Shown one piece after another: positions 44,422 to 57,600 of a DNA stretch of 64,000 nt (the first letter of the stretch is position 1; each line of letters starts with the position of its first letter). Made by a program: the position numbers and the translations under genes. Below the pieces are notes generated by a model. That model was not told the origin of the DNA and ran no database searches. It saw only the letters and a program-made list of their open reading frames with translations. The DNA is from Macrostomum lignano (lineage: Eukaryota). The DNA lies in contig NIVC01001081.1 in the NCBI GenBank assembly GCA_002269645.1, positions 298,436 to 362,435 of the forward strand. The letters run 5' to 3'.

Positions 44422-45139
44422 ATAGCACGAAAGACCCCGCGGAGAGTCATGGGTGACTCTGTTGCTATTTTTAGCAACAAGCGAGCGGGTTCTGCCTCAG
44501 GAGGCAGGGGTCCTGGCGCACGTGATGTCCCATAAACACGAGCCCAGCGTACAATGATAAATCATTGCACTTTGGACTAAAGAAGGAAGCAGGCCCTGTC
44601 ATGTGACTGGCTCACATGACAGGGGGGAAAGGGCCCACAAGTGAAGGCACTCGTGACCTTGGGACCGGAAAACAGGACAGCACTCCAAATTTGGAGATGC
44701 CAAACAGAGAACGAAACAGAGGCAGGCCAGACCAAGCTGTCTGGGCACTGCAAAACGAAAACACGAGACAAAAAGGGGCAAACGAGGACAAACAGACAGA
44801 CAGGCAAACGGGCAAGGGACAGGCAACTGCCCAGCGGCAGACAGAAGCCTGGGGCGAGGGCGAGGGAAACAGCTGACTAGTGCGGCGCCTAACTAAACTA
44901 TCGACTCACTACACAAGTGTTTTGCGCAAGAAATTCATATGACACAATATCTGGCAATACGGAGAGAGAATAGGGTCGGCATAATTTGTTAACAGAAATC
45001 ACCACAAAATTACCCGAACAACAGTAAAAATTCTTCATGTTGACTAAGTGGTAGGAATCTAATCTGTACTACCCAAGATCACTACCCAATGTCTGAAGTT
45101 CTGCTAGAAGAGTGTTTTCAAATGCCTCAGTTTACATGA

Positions 45140-45617
45140 GTGACGCAAGGCCGACAGGTAGATGCCCAGATACAGATGATGAAAGCCGAAATGTGTCCAC
45201 AGAAATCACCACAAATGATCTGGATGCTATCATGCATTTGGAGTACTTGCAAAGAAGCCGATCTGAACACCCAAAAGTCCATTTAACTCTGCCATTTCTG
45301 TTAAAAGTGCCTTTTATCTACGTAACTGGACATATATACATGACTCAAATATGGCAGGTGGGTGCCCAGACTCAGTTAATGAAAGCCGAAATGTGTCCAC
45401 AGAAATCACCACAAATGATCTGGATGCTATCATGCATTTGGAGTACTTGCAAAGAAGCCGATCTGAACACCCAAAAGTCCATTTAACTCTGCCATTTCTG
45501 TTAAAAGTGCCTTTTATCTACGTAACTGGACATATATACATGACTCAAATATGGCAGGTGGGTGCCCAGACTCAGTTAATGAAAGCCGAAATGTGTCTAC
45601 AGAAATCACCACAAAAT
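45140..45617. repeat. 200-bp tandem duplication upstream of EHD
   Basis: GAAAGCCGAAATGTGT at 45181, 45381 and 45581. Confidence 0.9.
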
Positions 45618-45911
45618 TATCTGAACAACAGTAAACATTCTTCATGTTGACTGAGTGGTAAAAATCCAATAAGTCTGTAAGACCGATGGGTTTAACTTCA
45701 TTACTTAAAGTTATTATGCTATAGATAAAATTTGCATATTTTTATTATATTCATTAGTTATGTCTCAAGTTGTTAAATAACCATGTAAAAATTTTAATCA
45801 ACCTTCATTATGACCATAGTAGAAACTATGGTTAATAGTTGCTTGTTTGACAACAAATAGTTACATTTACTTTCTATCTGCAGCTTTTTAGACCACCATC
45901 AGCTGCTCATC

Positions 45912-48900
45912 ATGTTCTCCTTCCTGCGCAAACAAGAAGATCATGACTCTGAAACCTTTGACTCTGTGGCCAGTGGCATGAGGAAGATCTATAAAAACAA
46001 ATTGTTGCCACTTGAGGAAGCCTACAAGTTCCATGAGTTTCACCAGCCAGCACTGGAGGATGCTGACTTTTACAGGTGAGTCTTTTGGCCGCAGTGCCTG
46101 AGTGATTTTAATTAGACAGATTTTTGGACTGGCCAATTTTAATATTTTTACTCCTATTCTCAAGGAGGGGATTTTGAGATTTCAAGTTTAAGTTGAATTG
46201 GTGAGATTTGGGGTTCTGATTCTCAAAGGGACATTCGGGTGACTTTTCTAATCTCACATTGATATTTTTGGGATTCATGATCTCAAATGGGAGTTTTTTG
46301 GGATTCATTATCTTATTGGGGAGATTTTTTGGGATTCATGATCTCAAATGGGAGTTTTTCGGATTCATGATCTCAAATGGGAGTTTTTCGGATTCATGAT
46401 CTCAAATGGGAGATTTTTGGGATTCATTATCTTATTGAGGAGATTTTTGGGATTCATGATCTCAAAAGAGACTTTTTGGGATTCATGATCTCAAATTGGA
46501 GATTTTTGGGATTCATTATCTTATTGAGGAGATTTTTGGGATTCATGATCTCAAAAGAGACTTTTTGGGATTCATGATCTCAAATGGGCGATTTTTGGGA
46601 TTCATGATCTCAAATGGGAGATTTTGGAAGTCATAATCTCAAATAGGAGATTTTGGAATTCACGATCTCAATGGGGAGATTTTGGGATTCATGATCGTAA
46701 AAGAAGTCCTTGATTCCTAAAACCAACGTGGATGTTTACTGTGAGCTGGGTTTCTTGTTGTGAAAGACTTGCTTTTATATTTTAAATCACCTGTGGAGGT
46801 AGATTTCTGCAGTCTTACTAAATATTTATCCCATTAATCTGCGCAGCAAGCCAATGATCCTGCTGGTTGGTCAGTACTCAACAGGCAAGACCACCTTCAT
46901 CAAATACCTGCTTGAGACCGATTTCCCCGGCATTCGGATTGGCCCGGAGCCAACTACAGATCGCTTCATTGCCGTGATGCACGATGAGCACGAGGGAGTT
47001 GTGCCCGGCAACGCCCTGGTGGTGGACACCCAGAAGCCCTTCCGGCCGCTGTCTCGGTTCGGCAACGCCTTTCTGAACCGCTTCCAGTGCTCAACTCTCA
47101 ATAACGAAGTGCTCAAGTCAATTTCTATTATTGATACTCCCGGGATCTTGTCTGGTAAGTCACTGCTGAAGGAGAAGGGCTTGGGAACTGCTTCATGGAT
47201 CACTGCATGACCGAGTGTATGACCTGCTTCATGGATCACTGCATGACCCAGTGTATGACCTGCTTCATGGATCACTGCATGACCCAGTGTATTACATGCT
47301 TCATAGATCACTGCATGACCCAGTGTATTACATGCTTCATAGATCACTGCATGACCCAGTGTATTACCTGCTTCATGGATCACTGCATGACCCAGTGTAT
47401 TACATGCTTCATGGATCACTGCATGACCCAGTGTATTACCTGCTTCATAGATCACTGCATGACCCAGTGTATGACCTGCTCCATGAAGCACTATATGACC
47501 CAGTGTATGACATTCATGAACCACTGTATGATCCGTGTATGACCTACAGCATGAACCACTATGACCCAGTATATGAACTGCTTCATGGACCACTGTATGA
47601 CCCAGTGTATGACCTGCTTCATGGATCACTGCATGACCCAGTGTATGACCTTCATAGATCACTGCATGACCCAGTGTATACCTGCTTCATGGATCACTGC
47701 ATGACCCAGTGTATTACATGCTTCATGGATCACTGCATGACCCAGTGTATACCTGCTCCATGGACCACTGTATGACCCAGTGTATGACCTGCTCCATGGA
47801 TCACTGTATAACCCAGTGAATGACCTGCTTCATGGACTACTATTAAACCGGCACACCTTAGGCGAGAAGCAGCGGGTGGACCGCGGCTACTCCATGAACG
47901 AGGTGATCGAATGGTTCGCCGCCCGGGTTGACCGGATCGTCCTGCTGTTCGACGCGCACAAGCTGGACATCTCTGACGAGTTCAAGGCCGTCATCGAGAG
48001 CATGAAGGGCTACGAGGATAAGATTCGGATTGTGCTCAACAAAGCCGATATGATAGACTCGCAACAGCTCATGCGGGTGTACGGAGCGCTCATGTGGAGC
48101 TTAGGTAGGCTTGATCCCTGTTGCGAATTGTAATTTAATCATTCCAAGCCTGCTCATATCTTTGATTCCAGGCCTTTAATGCTATGAGTCTCATTAGACC
48201 TCTAATCCTTATTAGGTCTCTAATCCTCTGATCCCCATGGCTCTCTAATCCTCTGATCCCCATGCCTCTCTAATCCTCTGATCCCCATGGCTCTCTAATC
48301 CTCTGATCCCCATGGCTCTCAAATCCTCTGATCCCCATGGCTCTCAAATCCTCTGATCCCCATGCCTCTATAATCCTCTGATCCCCATGGCTCTCTAATC
48401 CTCTGATCCCCATGCCTCTATAATCCTCTGATCCCCATGGCTCTCAAATCCTCTGATCCCCATGGCTCTCAAATCCTCTGATCCCCATGCCTCTCAAATC
48501 CTCTCATCCCCATGCCTCTCAAATCCTCTGATCCCCATGCCTCTCAAATCCTCTGATCCCCATGCCTCTCAAATCCTCTCATCCCCATGCCTCTCAAATC
48601 CTCTGATCCCCATGGCTCTCAAATCCTCTCATCCCCATGGCTCTCTAATCCTCTGATCCCCGTGGCTCTATAATCCTCTGATCCCCATGGCTCTCTAATC
48701 CTCTGATCCCCATGGCTCTCTAATCCTCTGATCCCCATGCCTCTCTAATCCTCTGATCCCCATGGCTCTCTAATCCTCTGATCCCCATGGCTCTCAAATC
48801 CTCTGATCCCCATGGCTCTCAAATCCTCTGATCCCCATGCCTCTCAAATCCTCTCATCCCCATGCCTCTCAAATCCTCTGATCCCCATGGCTCTCAAATC

Positions 48901-51900
48901 CTCTGATCCCCATGCCTCTCAAATCCTCTCATCCCCATGCCTCTCAAATCCTCTGATCCCCATGGCTCTCAAATCCTCTCATCCCCATGGCTCTCTAATC
49001 CTCTGATCCCCGTGGCTCTATAATCCTCTGATCCCCATGGCTCTCTAATCCTCTGATCCCCATGCCTCTCAAATCCTCTGATCCCCATGGCTCTCAAATC
49101 CTCTGATCCCCATGGCTCTCAAATCCTCTGATCCCCATGGCTCTAATCCTCTGATCCCCATGCCTCTCTAATCCTCTGATCCCCATGGCTCTAATCCTCT
49201 GATCCCCATGCCTCTCTAATCCTCTGATCCCGATGCCTCTCAAATCCTCTGATCCCCATGCCTCTAATCCTCTGATCCCCATGGCTCTCTAATCCTCTGA
49301 TCCCCATGGCTCTCAAATCCTCTGATCCCCATGGCTCTCAAATCCTCTGATCCTCATGCCTCTCAAATCCTCTGATCCCATGGCTCTCAAATCCTCTGAT
49401 CCCCATGCCTCTAATCCTCTGATCCTCATGGCTCTCAAATCCTCTGATCCCCATGGCTCTATAATCCTCTGATCCCCATGGCTCTAATCCTCTGATCCCC
49501 ATGGCTCTATAATCCTCTGATCCCCATGGCTCTCTAATCCTCTGATCCCCATGCCTCTCAAATCCTCTGATCCTCATGCCTCTCAAATCCTCTGATCCCC
49601 ATGGCTCTCAAATCCTCTGATCCCCATGCCTCTAATCCTCTGATCCCCATGGCTCTCAAATCCTCTGATCCCCATGGCTCTATAATCCTCTGATCCCCAT
49701 GGCTCTCAAATCCTCTGATCCCCATGGCTCTATAATCCTCTGATCCCCATGGCTCTAATCCTCTGATCCCCATGGCTCTATAATCCTCTGATCCCCATGG
49801 CTCTCAAATCCTCTGATCCCCATGGCTCTCAAATCCTCTGATCCTCATGCCTCTCAAATCCTCTGATCCCCATGGCTCTCAAATCCTCTGATCCCCATGC
49901 CTCTAATCCTCTGATCCCCATGGCTCTCAAATCCTCTGATCCCCATGGCTCTATAATCCTCTGATCCCCATGGCTCTATAATCCTCTGATCCCCATGGCT
50001 CTAATCCTCTGATCCCCATGGCTCTAATCCTCTGATCCTCATGCCTCTCTAATCCTCTGATCCCCATGGCTCTCAAATCCTCTGATCCCCATGCCTCTCC
50101 AATCCTCTGATCCCCATGGCTCAAATCCTCTCATCCCCATGCCTCTCAAATCCTCTGATCCCCATGGCTCTCAAATCCTCTGATCCCCATGGCTCTCAAA
50201 TCCTCTGATCCCCATGCCTCTCCAATCCTCTGATCTCCATGGCTCCCTAATCCTCTGATCCCCATGCCTCTCCCGCAGGCAAGGTGCTGTACACCCCCGA
50301 GGTGGCCCGGGTGTACATCGGCAGTTTCTGGAACGAGCCGCTGAAGTTCGAGACCAACAAGCGCCTGTTCGAGCTGGAGGCGCAGGACCTGTTCCGCGAC
50401 CTGCAGTCGCTGCCGCGCAACGCCACGCTGCGCAAGCTCAACGACCTGATCAAGCGGGCCCGGCTGGCCAAGACCCACGCCTACATCATCGCCGCACTGC
50501 GCAAGGAGATGCCCTCAGTGTTCGGCAAGGACAACAAAAAGAAGCAGCTGATCCGGGACCTGCAGCAGATCTACACCAACGTGGCCAGGGAGCACAACAT
50601 CAGCCTGGGGGACCTGCCCAACCTGGCCAGAATGCAGCAGGCTCTTGAGCACGCCGACTTCTCCAAGTTTCAGCCGTTAAAGGAGCGGCTGATCAACACT
50701 GTGGACGCCATGCTTAGCGACGATATCGCTAAGCTGATGCAGCAGATTCCGCAGGTGGGCAGGCAGCTTCACTGAGCTTGATTTGCATCCTTATATCCCG
50801 TATCCCATTAGATCTCATTGAAATCCCACTTCTCCCTGAGAAATCCCATATCCCACCTGTCCATTTGAGAAATCCCATATTGAAATCCCACCTGTCTCTC
50901 TGAGAAATCCCATATTCCCATATTAAAATTCTACCTGTCTCTCTGAGATCCCATTAAAATTCCACCTGTGTCTTTGAGAAATCCCATATTAAAATTCTAC
51001 CTGTCTCTCTGAGATCCCATTAAAATTCCACCTGTCTTTGAGAAATCCCATATTGAAATCCCACCTGTGTCTTTGAGAAATCCCATATTAAAATTCTACC
51101 TGTCTCTCTGAGATCCCATTAAAATTCCACCTGTCTTTGAGAAATCCCATATTGAAATCCCACCTGTGTCTTTGAGAAATCCCATATTGAAATCCCACTT
51201 GTGTCTTTGAGAAATCCCATACTGAAATCCCACCTGTCTTTGAGAAATTCCACCTGTCCCACTGAGATCCCATTAAAATTTCACCTGTCTCTTTACATAA
51301 TCACATATTAAAATTCCACCTGTACCTCTGAGATCGTATTACCAGGGTAAAGTCTCACTTGTCTCCCTGTGAAATCCCATAATGAAATCCCACCTGTCTT
51401 AGGGATCTCATATTGAAATCCCATAAGATCCCAAATTAAAATCCAATATATCTTCCTACCTGGTATGTATCTGAAAATTCCATGTATCCTAAATTAAAAT
51501 CTCACCGTCTCTTTGGGAGATCCGATATTGAAATCCCAAAACATCGCAGAGATCCCATATTGAAATCCCAAAACATCGCAGAGATCCCATATTGAAATCC
51601 CAAAACATCACAGAGATCCCATATTGAAATCCTAAAACATCGCAGAGATCCCATATTGAAATCCCAAAACATCGCAGAGATCCCATATTGAAATCCTAAA
51701 ACATCGCAGAGATCCCATATTTAAATCCTAAAACATCGCAGAGATCCCATATTGAAATCCCAAAACATCGCAGAGATCCCATATTGAAATCCCAAAACAT
51801 CGCAGAGATCCCATATTGAAATCCCAAAACATCGCAGAGATCCCATATTGAAATCCCAAAACATCGCAGAGATCCCATATTGAAATCCCAAAACATCGCA

Positions 51901-52510
51901 GAGATCCCATATTGAAATCCCAAAACATCGCAGAGATCCCATATTGAAATCCCAAAACATCGCAGAGATCCCATATTGAAATCCCAAAACATCGCAGAGA
52001 TCCCATATTGAAATCCCAAAGCATCGCAGAGATCCCATATTGAAATCCCAAAACATCGCAGAGATCCCATATTAGCTGATGCGATCCGCCCGCCTCCCGC
52101 AGGAGTCCTCCACCCAGACCAAGGAATGGGGCGCCATCGAGGGCGGCGCCTTCAACCAGGCCGGGGACGACAATCCGTTCGCCTTCAGCGACAACCTTGG
52201 CCTGGCGGCGGGCAAGTTCGACCACGACTGGATCGTGAACCGGTTCCGCGAGGAGTACGACTCCGCCTTCTACGCCATGGGGCCGGTGGACGGCAAAATC
52301 ACCGGCGCCCAGGCCAAGGACGAGATGAGCCGCTCCAAGCTGCCCTTCCAGCAGCTCGGCAAGATCTGGAAGCTGGCCGACATCGACCAGGATGGCATGC
52401 TGGACATTGACGAGTTCGCGCTGGCCAAGTACCTCATCAGGCTGAGGCTGGACGGCCATGAGCTGCCGAACCAGCTGCCAGACCACCTCATGCCGCCCAG
52501 CAAGAAGTGA
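45912..52510 (+). CDS. EHD1: EH domain-containing protein (EHD1/RME-1/Past1 family); exons 45912-46075, 46847-47154, 47862-48104, 50279-50754, 52103-52510
   Basis: MFSFL..KLLPLEEAYKFHEFH, P-loop GQYSTGKT, IDTPGILSGEKQR, NKAD, EVARVYIGSFW and C-terminal EH domain LADIDQDGMLDIDEFALA..LPDHLMPPSKK; all GT-AG junctions join in frame; paralog number uncertain. Confidence 0.96.
46262..46700. repeat. About 30-bp minisatellite in EHD intron 1
   Basis: GGAGATTTTTGGGATTCATGATCTCAAAT units. Confidence 0.9.
47185..47840. repeat. 36-bp minisatellite in EHD intron 2
   Basis: ATGGATCACTGCATGACCCAGTGTATGACCTGCTTC units. Confidence 0.95.
48222..50272. repeat. About 25-bp minisatellite filling EHD intron 3
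   Basis: AATCCTCTGATCCCCATGGCTCTC(T/A) units running up to the 3' splice site. Confidence 0.97.
50815..52072. repeat. Two related minisatellites in EHD intron 4 (about 35 bp, 50815-51420; 32 bp, 51520-52072)
   Basis: GAGAAATCCCATATTGAAATCCCACCTGTGTCTTT and AAATCCCAAAACATCGCAGAGATCCCATATTG units. Confidence 0.93.
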
Positions 52511-52784
52511 TTGGGGAGCTCGGACTGCGGCGATGGACAGCTGCTGTTGATCAAGCCTGCTTTGGCGAATGAAGAGGATTTGAATTAAAAATTCAGTGAT
52601 TTGTTTCAATTCTATTTTGAATTAATGGCCAGTTTTTTATATTTATTATTTATTTATTATTAGTTTTTAAGATCGATATTTGTATTTAATCAGTTATTGA
52701 AAATCGATATTTTTATTCTAATTGATCAGTTATTCAATTTAGATATTTAAAATTGATCAGTTAATAAATATCGATATAAATAAT

Positions 52785-53215
52785 TTATCATTATCAGGTA
52801 TTGAATATCGATATTTATAATTAATCAGGTATTGAATATCGATATTTATAATTGATCAGTTATTGAATATCGATATTTATAATTAATCAGGTATTGAATA
52901 TCGATATTTATAATTAATCAGTTATTGAATATCGATATTTACAATTAATCAGGTATTGAATATCGATATTTATAATTGATCAGTTATTGAATATCGATAT
53001 TTACAATTAATCAGGTGTTGAATATCGATATTTATAATTGATCAGTTATTGAGTATCGATATTTATAATTAATCAGTTATTGAATATTGATATTTATAAT
53101 TAATCAGGTATTGAATATCGATATTTATAATTAATCGGTTATTTAATATCGATATTTATAATTGATCAGTTTTTTAATATCGATATTTATAATTAATCAG
53201 GTATTCAATATCGAG
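52785..53215. repeat. 31-bp AT-rich minisatellite with a palindromic AATATCGATATT core, downstream of EHD
   Basis: AATATCGATATTTATAATTAATCAGGTATTG units. Confidence 0.92.
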
Positions 53216-54676
53216 ATTTATGATTGGATATAGATATCAGTGCTTCAACTTTATTACAATTGGTTTATGATATTTATAATTAAGTTTGAATATCGGTCTG
53301 ATATTAATCATATTTCATTATCGATAATCACTGTATTGAGTACACACAATAAATGGATAGCTATAATTTGCAATATCGGTCAGTGTAAATTTGTCACCGA
53401 GTAGACTGGCTGATCAACAAACCGCACTGGGGCTGCTGGAAGCTGCTGGAAGCTGCACAATCGCTGCAATCTTTGTCTGCTTTCGTTCAATGCGCGTTTT
53501 TCCTTTCCTCTGAGCCTGCGGCCACTGACGCGCCCGCGGGCCGCGGCTCTCGCGGCAGAGACCCAATATAACCTGCCAACTCATTTTTAATAAGCTTATT
53601 TTGCCATTCGCGAACTTGTTTTGTTTTTGATTTGTTTTACTAAATTAGCTAATCATCGTCCTGACGGTGGAGTCCCAGTTTGGCTTGTGTAGAAACACTA
53701 CTCATTTGCTTTGTTATCGGTTGGACCAAAGTCATTCTGTGGACAAAGCTTTATTTATGTTTTTGATTAGTCAAAATATTTTAATTATATAATTTGTAAA
53801 CTTTACGTTTGTATTAGCAAAAATATTTGTTAAACCTGCGTCTGGCTACTTACTCGCTAGTAGTATCATTTGCGCATCAATATATATTTAGATTATATAT
53901 ACATAATGCATGTGCTAATGCTTAGTTTGGAAAGTGTTTTCTTACTTTTGTTAAAATCTGAATGATTTATTGCTTATTTATTAGTTTATTGAAATGCTAT
54001 TACTGGCTTTATGCAGGTTGTGCCATTGCGCTTATCCAGAGATGATTATTTAATTAACAAATATATTGAATTTCGCTACACCAAATCCCACTCTCCCACT
54101 CTCTCTTTATTCTCTTCTGCTTTCTGTTTTCTACACTGACTGAACTGCAAGAAAGTCAACTACAGTAAATGAACTCAAGCAGCAGGTTTAAGGCCTGCTT
54201 CTCTGTTTTGCCTGTGTTGCAAACAAATATACAATAAAAACAAACCAAATTGGAATTTCTTTTTTTGTCCCGGTAAAAAATGCGAGTTTTTGTTGCACAT
54301 GTTTATTTCATATTTTCAAAAACAGTAAAAATCTGGAATGCAGAAATTCCTGTCTCTCTGTTCAAAACCGGCATTCGATCTCTCAATTTCTTAGAAACGA
54401 TTTCCCGTTTAATTTTCACTTTTACAAGATAGTAACATTTGTTTTTTCGCAAGAAACGTAGGCCTTCAAAAAACGTTTTCTTAGAAGCTAAAGTGCTTCT
54501 TTATCAGTGTACTTTTAGTAGTCTTTGTCTTCTGTGTTAAAGCAATTTAGCGAGTCATCGAGGTGAGGTCAGGGGGGGGTCATTTTTCCTGCAAAATCTT
54601 GGCCTCAAAAGATTGAAACTTTTAGCGGTTCATCCTCGCAGCTGCACCTCGCAAACACTCGCGCTGCTCTGTTGCC

Positions 54677-57600
54677 ATGGCTACTAGCGACTCGGCCAGT
54701 AGTCTGGAGGCCTGGCTGTCCTTGATTGTGGACGCGTTCACTGTGGTCATCGGGCTGATGGCGAGCCTGGAGCTGCTGAGCCCCACACGGCTGCCGCAGC
54801 TGCTCCGAGATGCCCTGCAGTTCGGCAAAGTTCGGCCGGCCGGCCGGGCCTGGACTGCCGTGCAGCTGCTGGAGCTGCCGAAGCAGCACTTCTGGCATTT
54901 CTACCTGGCCGGCCTGGCCTGCTGCGCCTGCCTGCTCTGGGCCGCCAGCTGGCCTGCGGGCTGGCTGGGTGGCTGCCTGGCCGCACCGCTGGGCCTGCCG
55001 GATGGTGCGTGTCTGGGGTGGGATTGAGGTGAGATGGCATGAGATTTGGGGTGAGATTAAGGTGAGATGAGGTGGGATGTGGCGAAATTGGGGTGAGAGT
55101 GAGATGAGTGAGAGTGAGATTGGTGAGAGTAGCAGTGGTGAGAGTGGCAGGGGTGAGAGTGAGATGGGTGAGAATGGCAGGGCTGAGAGTGAGATGGGTG
55201 AGAGTGATACAGATGCTGGTTTAGCAGGAGTAGCCATGAGTCATCAGCTGCTCCAGCAACTACCTGCCGAACTCCGCAGTGTCCGCGGCACCCTGGCTGA
55301 GCTTCACCCCGCTGGTCCTGCAAGCCTGCCAGATGCTTCGCCGCCTGCTGGAGTGCCGGCTGGTGTCGGTCTACTCTAGCGGCAGCATCAACCTGCTGCA
55401 CTACGGGCTGGGCTACGGATTCTACTGCTGCGTTGTCTGGTCGCTGCTGCTCCGGCTGCCAGGCGAGTCAATTTGCCGATATGTTGCGTAGCCCGTGTGG
55501 CCATCCGATCAGGTTTTTCGCCCGGTTTTGCTCTGGCTTGCTATGTTTTTTGCCCCATTTCCAGGCGAAGAACATAAACCAGGCGAATTTATCCGGTTTT
55601 TCTCTGCCTTTCTAAACCAGGCGAAATTCCGGAGGAAAAACCGTACGAGTGCTCTGGTTTTTTACCCGGTCCTTCGCCAGGTTTGGAACCAGTTTAGTAA
55701 CGCAGGCAAATCCGGAGTAAAAGCGGATGAAATAACAATTCCGCCTGGAATTTTGCCCGGTTCTTTCTCTGGTTCTTCGACCGGACAAGAGCCGGAGAAA
55801 AGAGCTGATGAAAGCCTTTAATTCAGGATTGGGTTGAAAATGGTGTGGGAGACACAGTGTATAATTGACAATTGACATGAAGATTTTCTTGTAATTGCAT
55901 GTCCTGTAATGTGCTCCTGTTTTGTTCTCTTGCAGTATTTTTTCCGCTCGTCTTTATATATACCATATGAGCGTCTTCGTATGTTACATTACGAGCGTAG
56001 TTCACGTAAACTGAGAATAAAAATATTGTCATTTTAATGCTGTCATCGCACACATTTCTGAAGGCTGCATGCTACTGTGGGATTCCAACATACTTTTGGC
56101 CAGTCAGAAGTGATTTTAAATTCCCGCATTTATGCGCCTAGATGACTAGCGACTATGCGCCTACTGACTGTATTCTACAACATCTTTGGAATAAAAAAAC
56201 AGAGGAGTATATTGATCTTGTAGGTGATTTGGAACAGTTTGATGAATTGCAAGATGGAACGTTACATATTTTGTATTAACACTAACTGACAATTGTCTTA
56301 CTTCTTCACTCTTCACGGTATCCGTTGACAGAAGCGCACTGTAGATGTTTTACTAAGTCGGCACTACATATTTCCGAGAGTAGACACAATTTGATAGGGA
56401 TGCAGGGTTTTTCGTCCGGTTTGATCGTCGTGTCGCTTTCGTTAGGTTTTAGTCTGATTTTGCTCCGGGTATTCGTCCGGTTGGGTCGTCGTGTCGCTTT
56501 CGTTAGGTTTTAGTCTGATTTTGCTCCGGATATTCGTCCGGTTGGGTCGTCGTGTCGCTTTCGTTAGGTTTTAGTCTGATTTTGCTCCGGATATTCGTCC
56601 GGTTGGGTCGTCGTGTCGCTTTCGTTAGGTTTTAGTCTGATTTTGCTCCGGATATTCGTCCGGTTGGGTCGTCGTGTCGCTTTCGTTAGGTTTTAGTCTG
56701 ATTTTGCTCCGGATATTCGTCCGGTTGGGTCGTCGTGTCGCTTTCGTTAGGTTTTAGTCTGATTTTGCTCCGGATATTCGTCCGGTTGGGTCGTCGTGTC
56801 GCTTTCGTTAGGTTTTAGTCTGATTTTGCTCCGGATATTCGTCCGGTTGGGTCGTCGTGTCGCTTTCGTTAGGTTTTAGTCTGATTTTGCTCCGGATATT
56901 CGTCCGGTTGGGTCGTCGTGTCGCTTTCGTTAGGTTTTAGTCTGATTTTGCTCCGGGTATTCGTCCGGTTGGGTCGTCGTGTCGCTTTCGTTAGGTTTTA
57001 GTCTGATTTTGCTCCGGGTATTCGTCCGGTTTGATCGTCGTGTCGCTTTCGTTAGGTTTTAGTCTGATTTTGCTCCGGGTATTCGTCCGGTTTGATCGTC
57101 GTGTCGCTTTCGTTAGGTTTTAGTCTGATTTTGCCCCGGTTATTTGCCGGGTTCTGCTATTGCACTTTCATCCGGTCATTTGTCGGGTTTTATTCAGGGT
57201 ACTCATCAGTTTGAGTAGCCGAAGAGAAACCCGAGAAAATACCTGATGTCCTCTACGAAATTCCTGACGAACAACCAGACGAAACTGCCGTCTTCGTCCG
57301 TTTTCGAGACCACTTTCCCGAGGATTTTCGGGTTTTTAGATAGGAAAAAATGTATTACAAACCGGGCAAAAATCCCGATCGCCTACCGGGCGAAAAACCT
57401 GATCAGATGGCCACACGGGGATATCTTTATAAGAATGAAAATTTCATCGAGTATTTGAATTGCCGATGGCAGAGTACAGGATCAGCTTGGCGCAAGCTAT
57501 CGCTCACTCTGCCGTTCACGCACTGCTGGCCTGGGGTCAGTTTAAGGCAGCCCAGACTCTCGCCGCGTTGAGGAAGGACGGAAAAGGTGGGAGATTTCTG

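Noticed and set aside
44428-44440. GAAAGACCCC resemblance to gammaretroviral LTR termini
   Set aside because: A ten-base coincidence with no other retroviral features
47195-47775. His/Cys-rich repeat proteins (MDHCMTQC.., HTLGHAVIHEAG..)
   Set aside because: They lie inside EHD intron 2; the 36-bp unit is a multiple of 3, so frames stay open by construction; flanking exons join in frame without them
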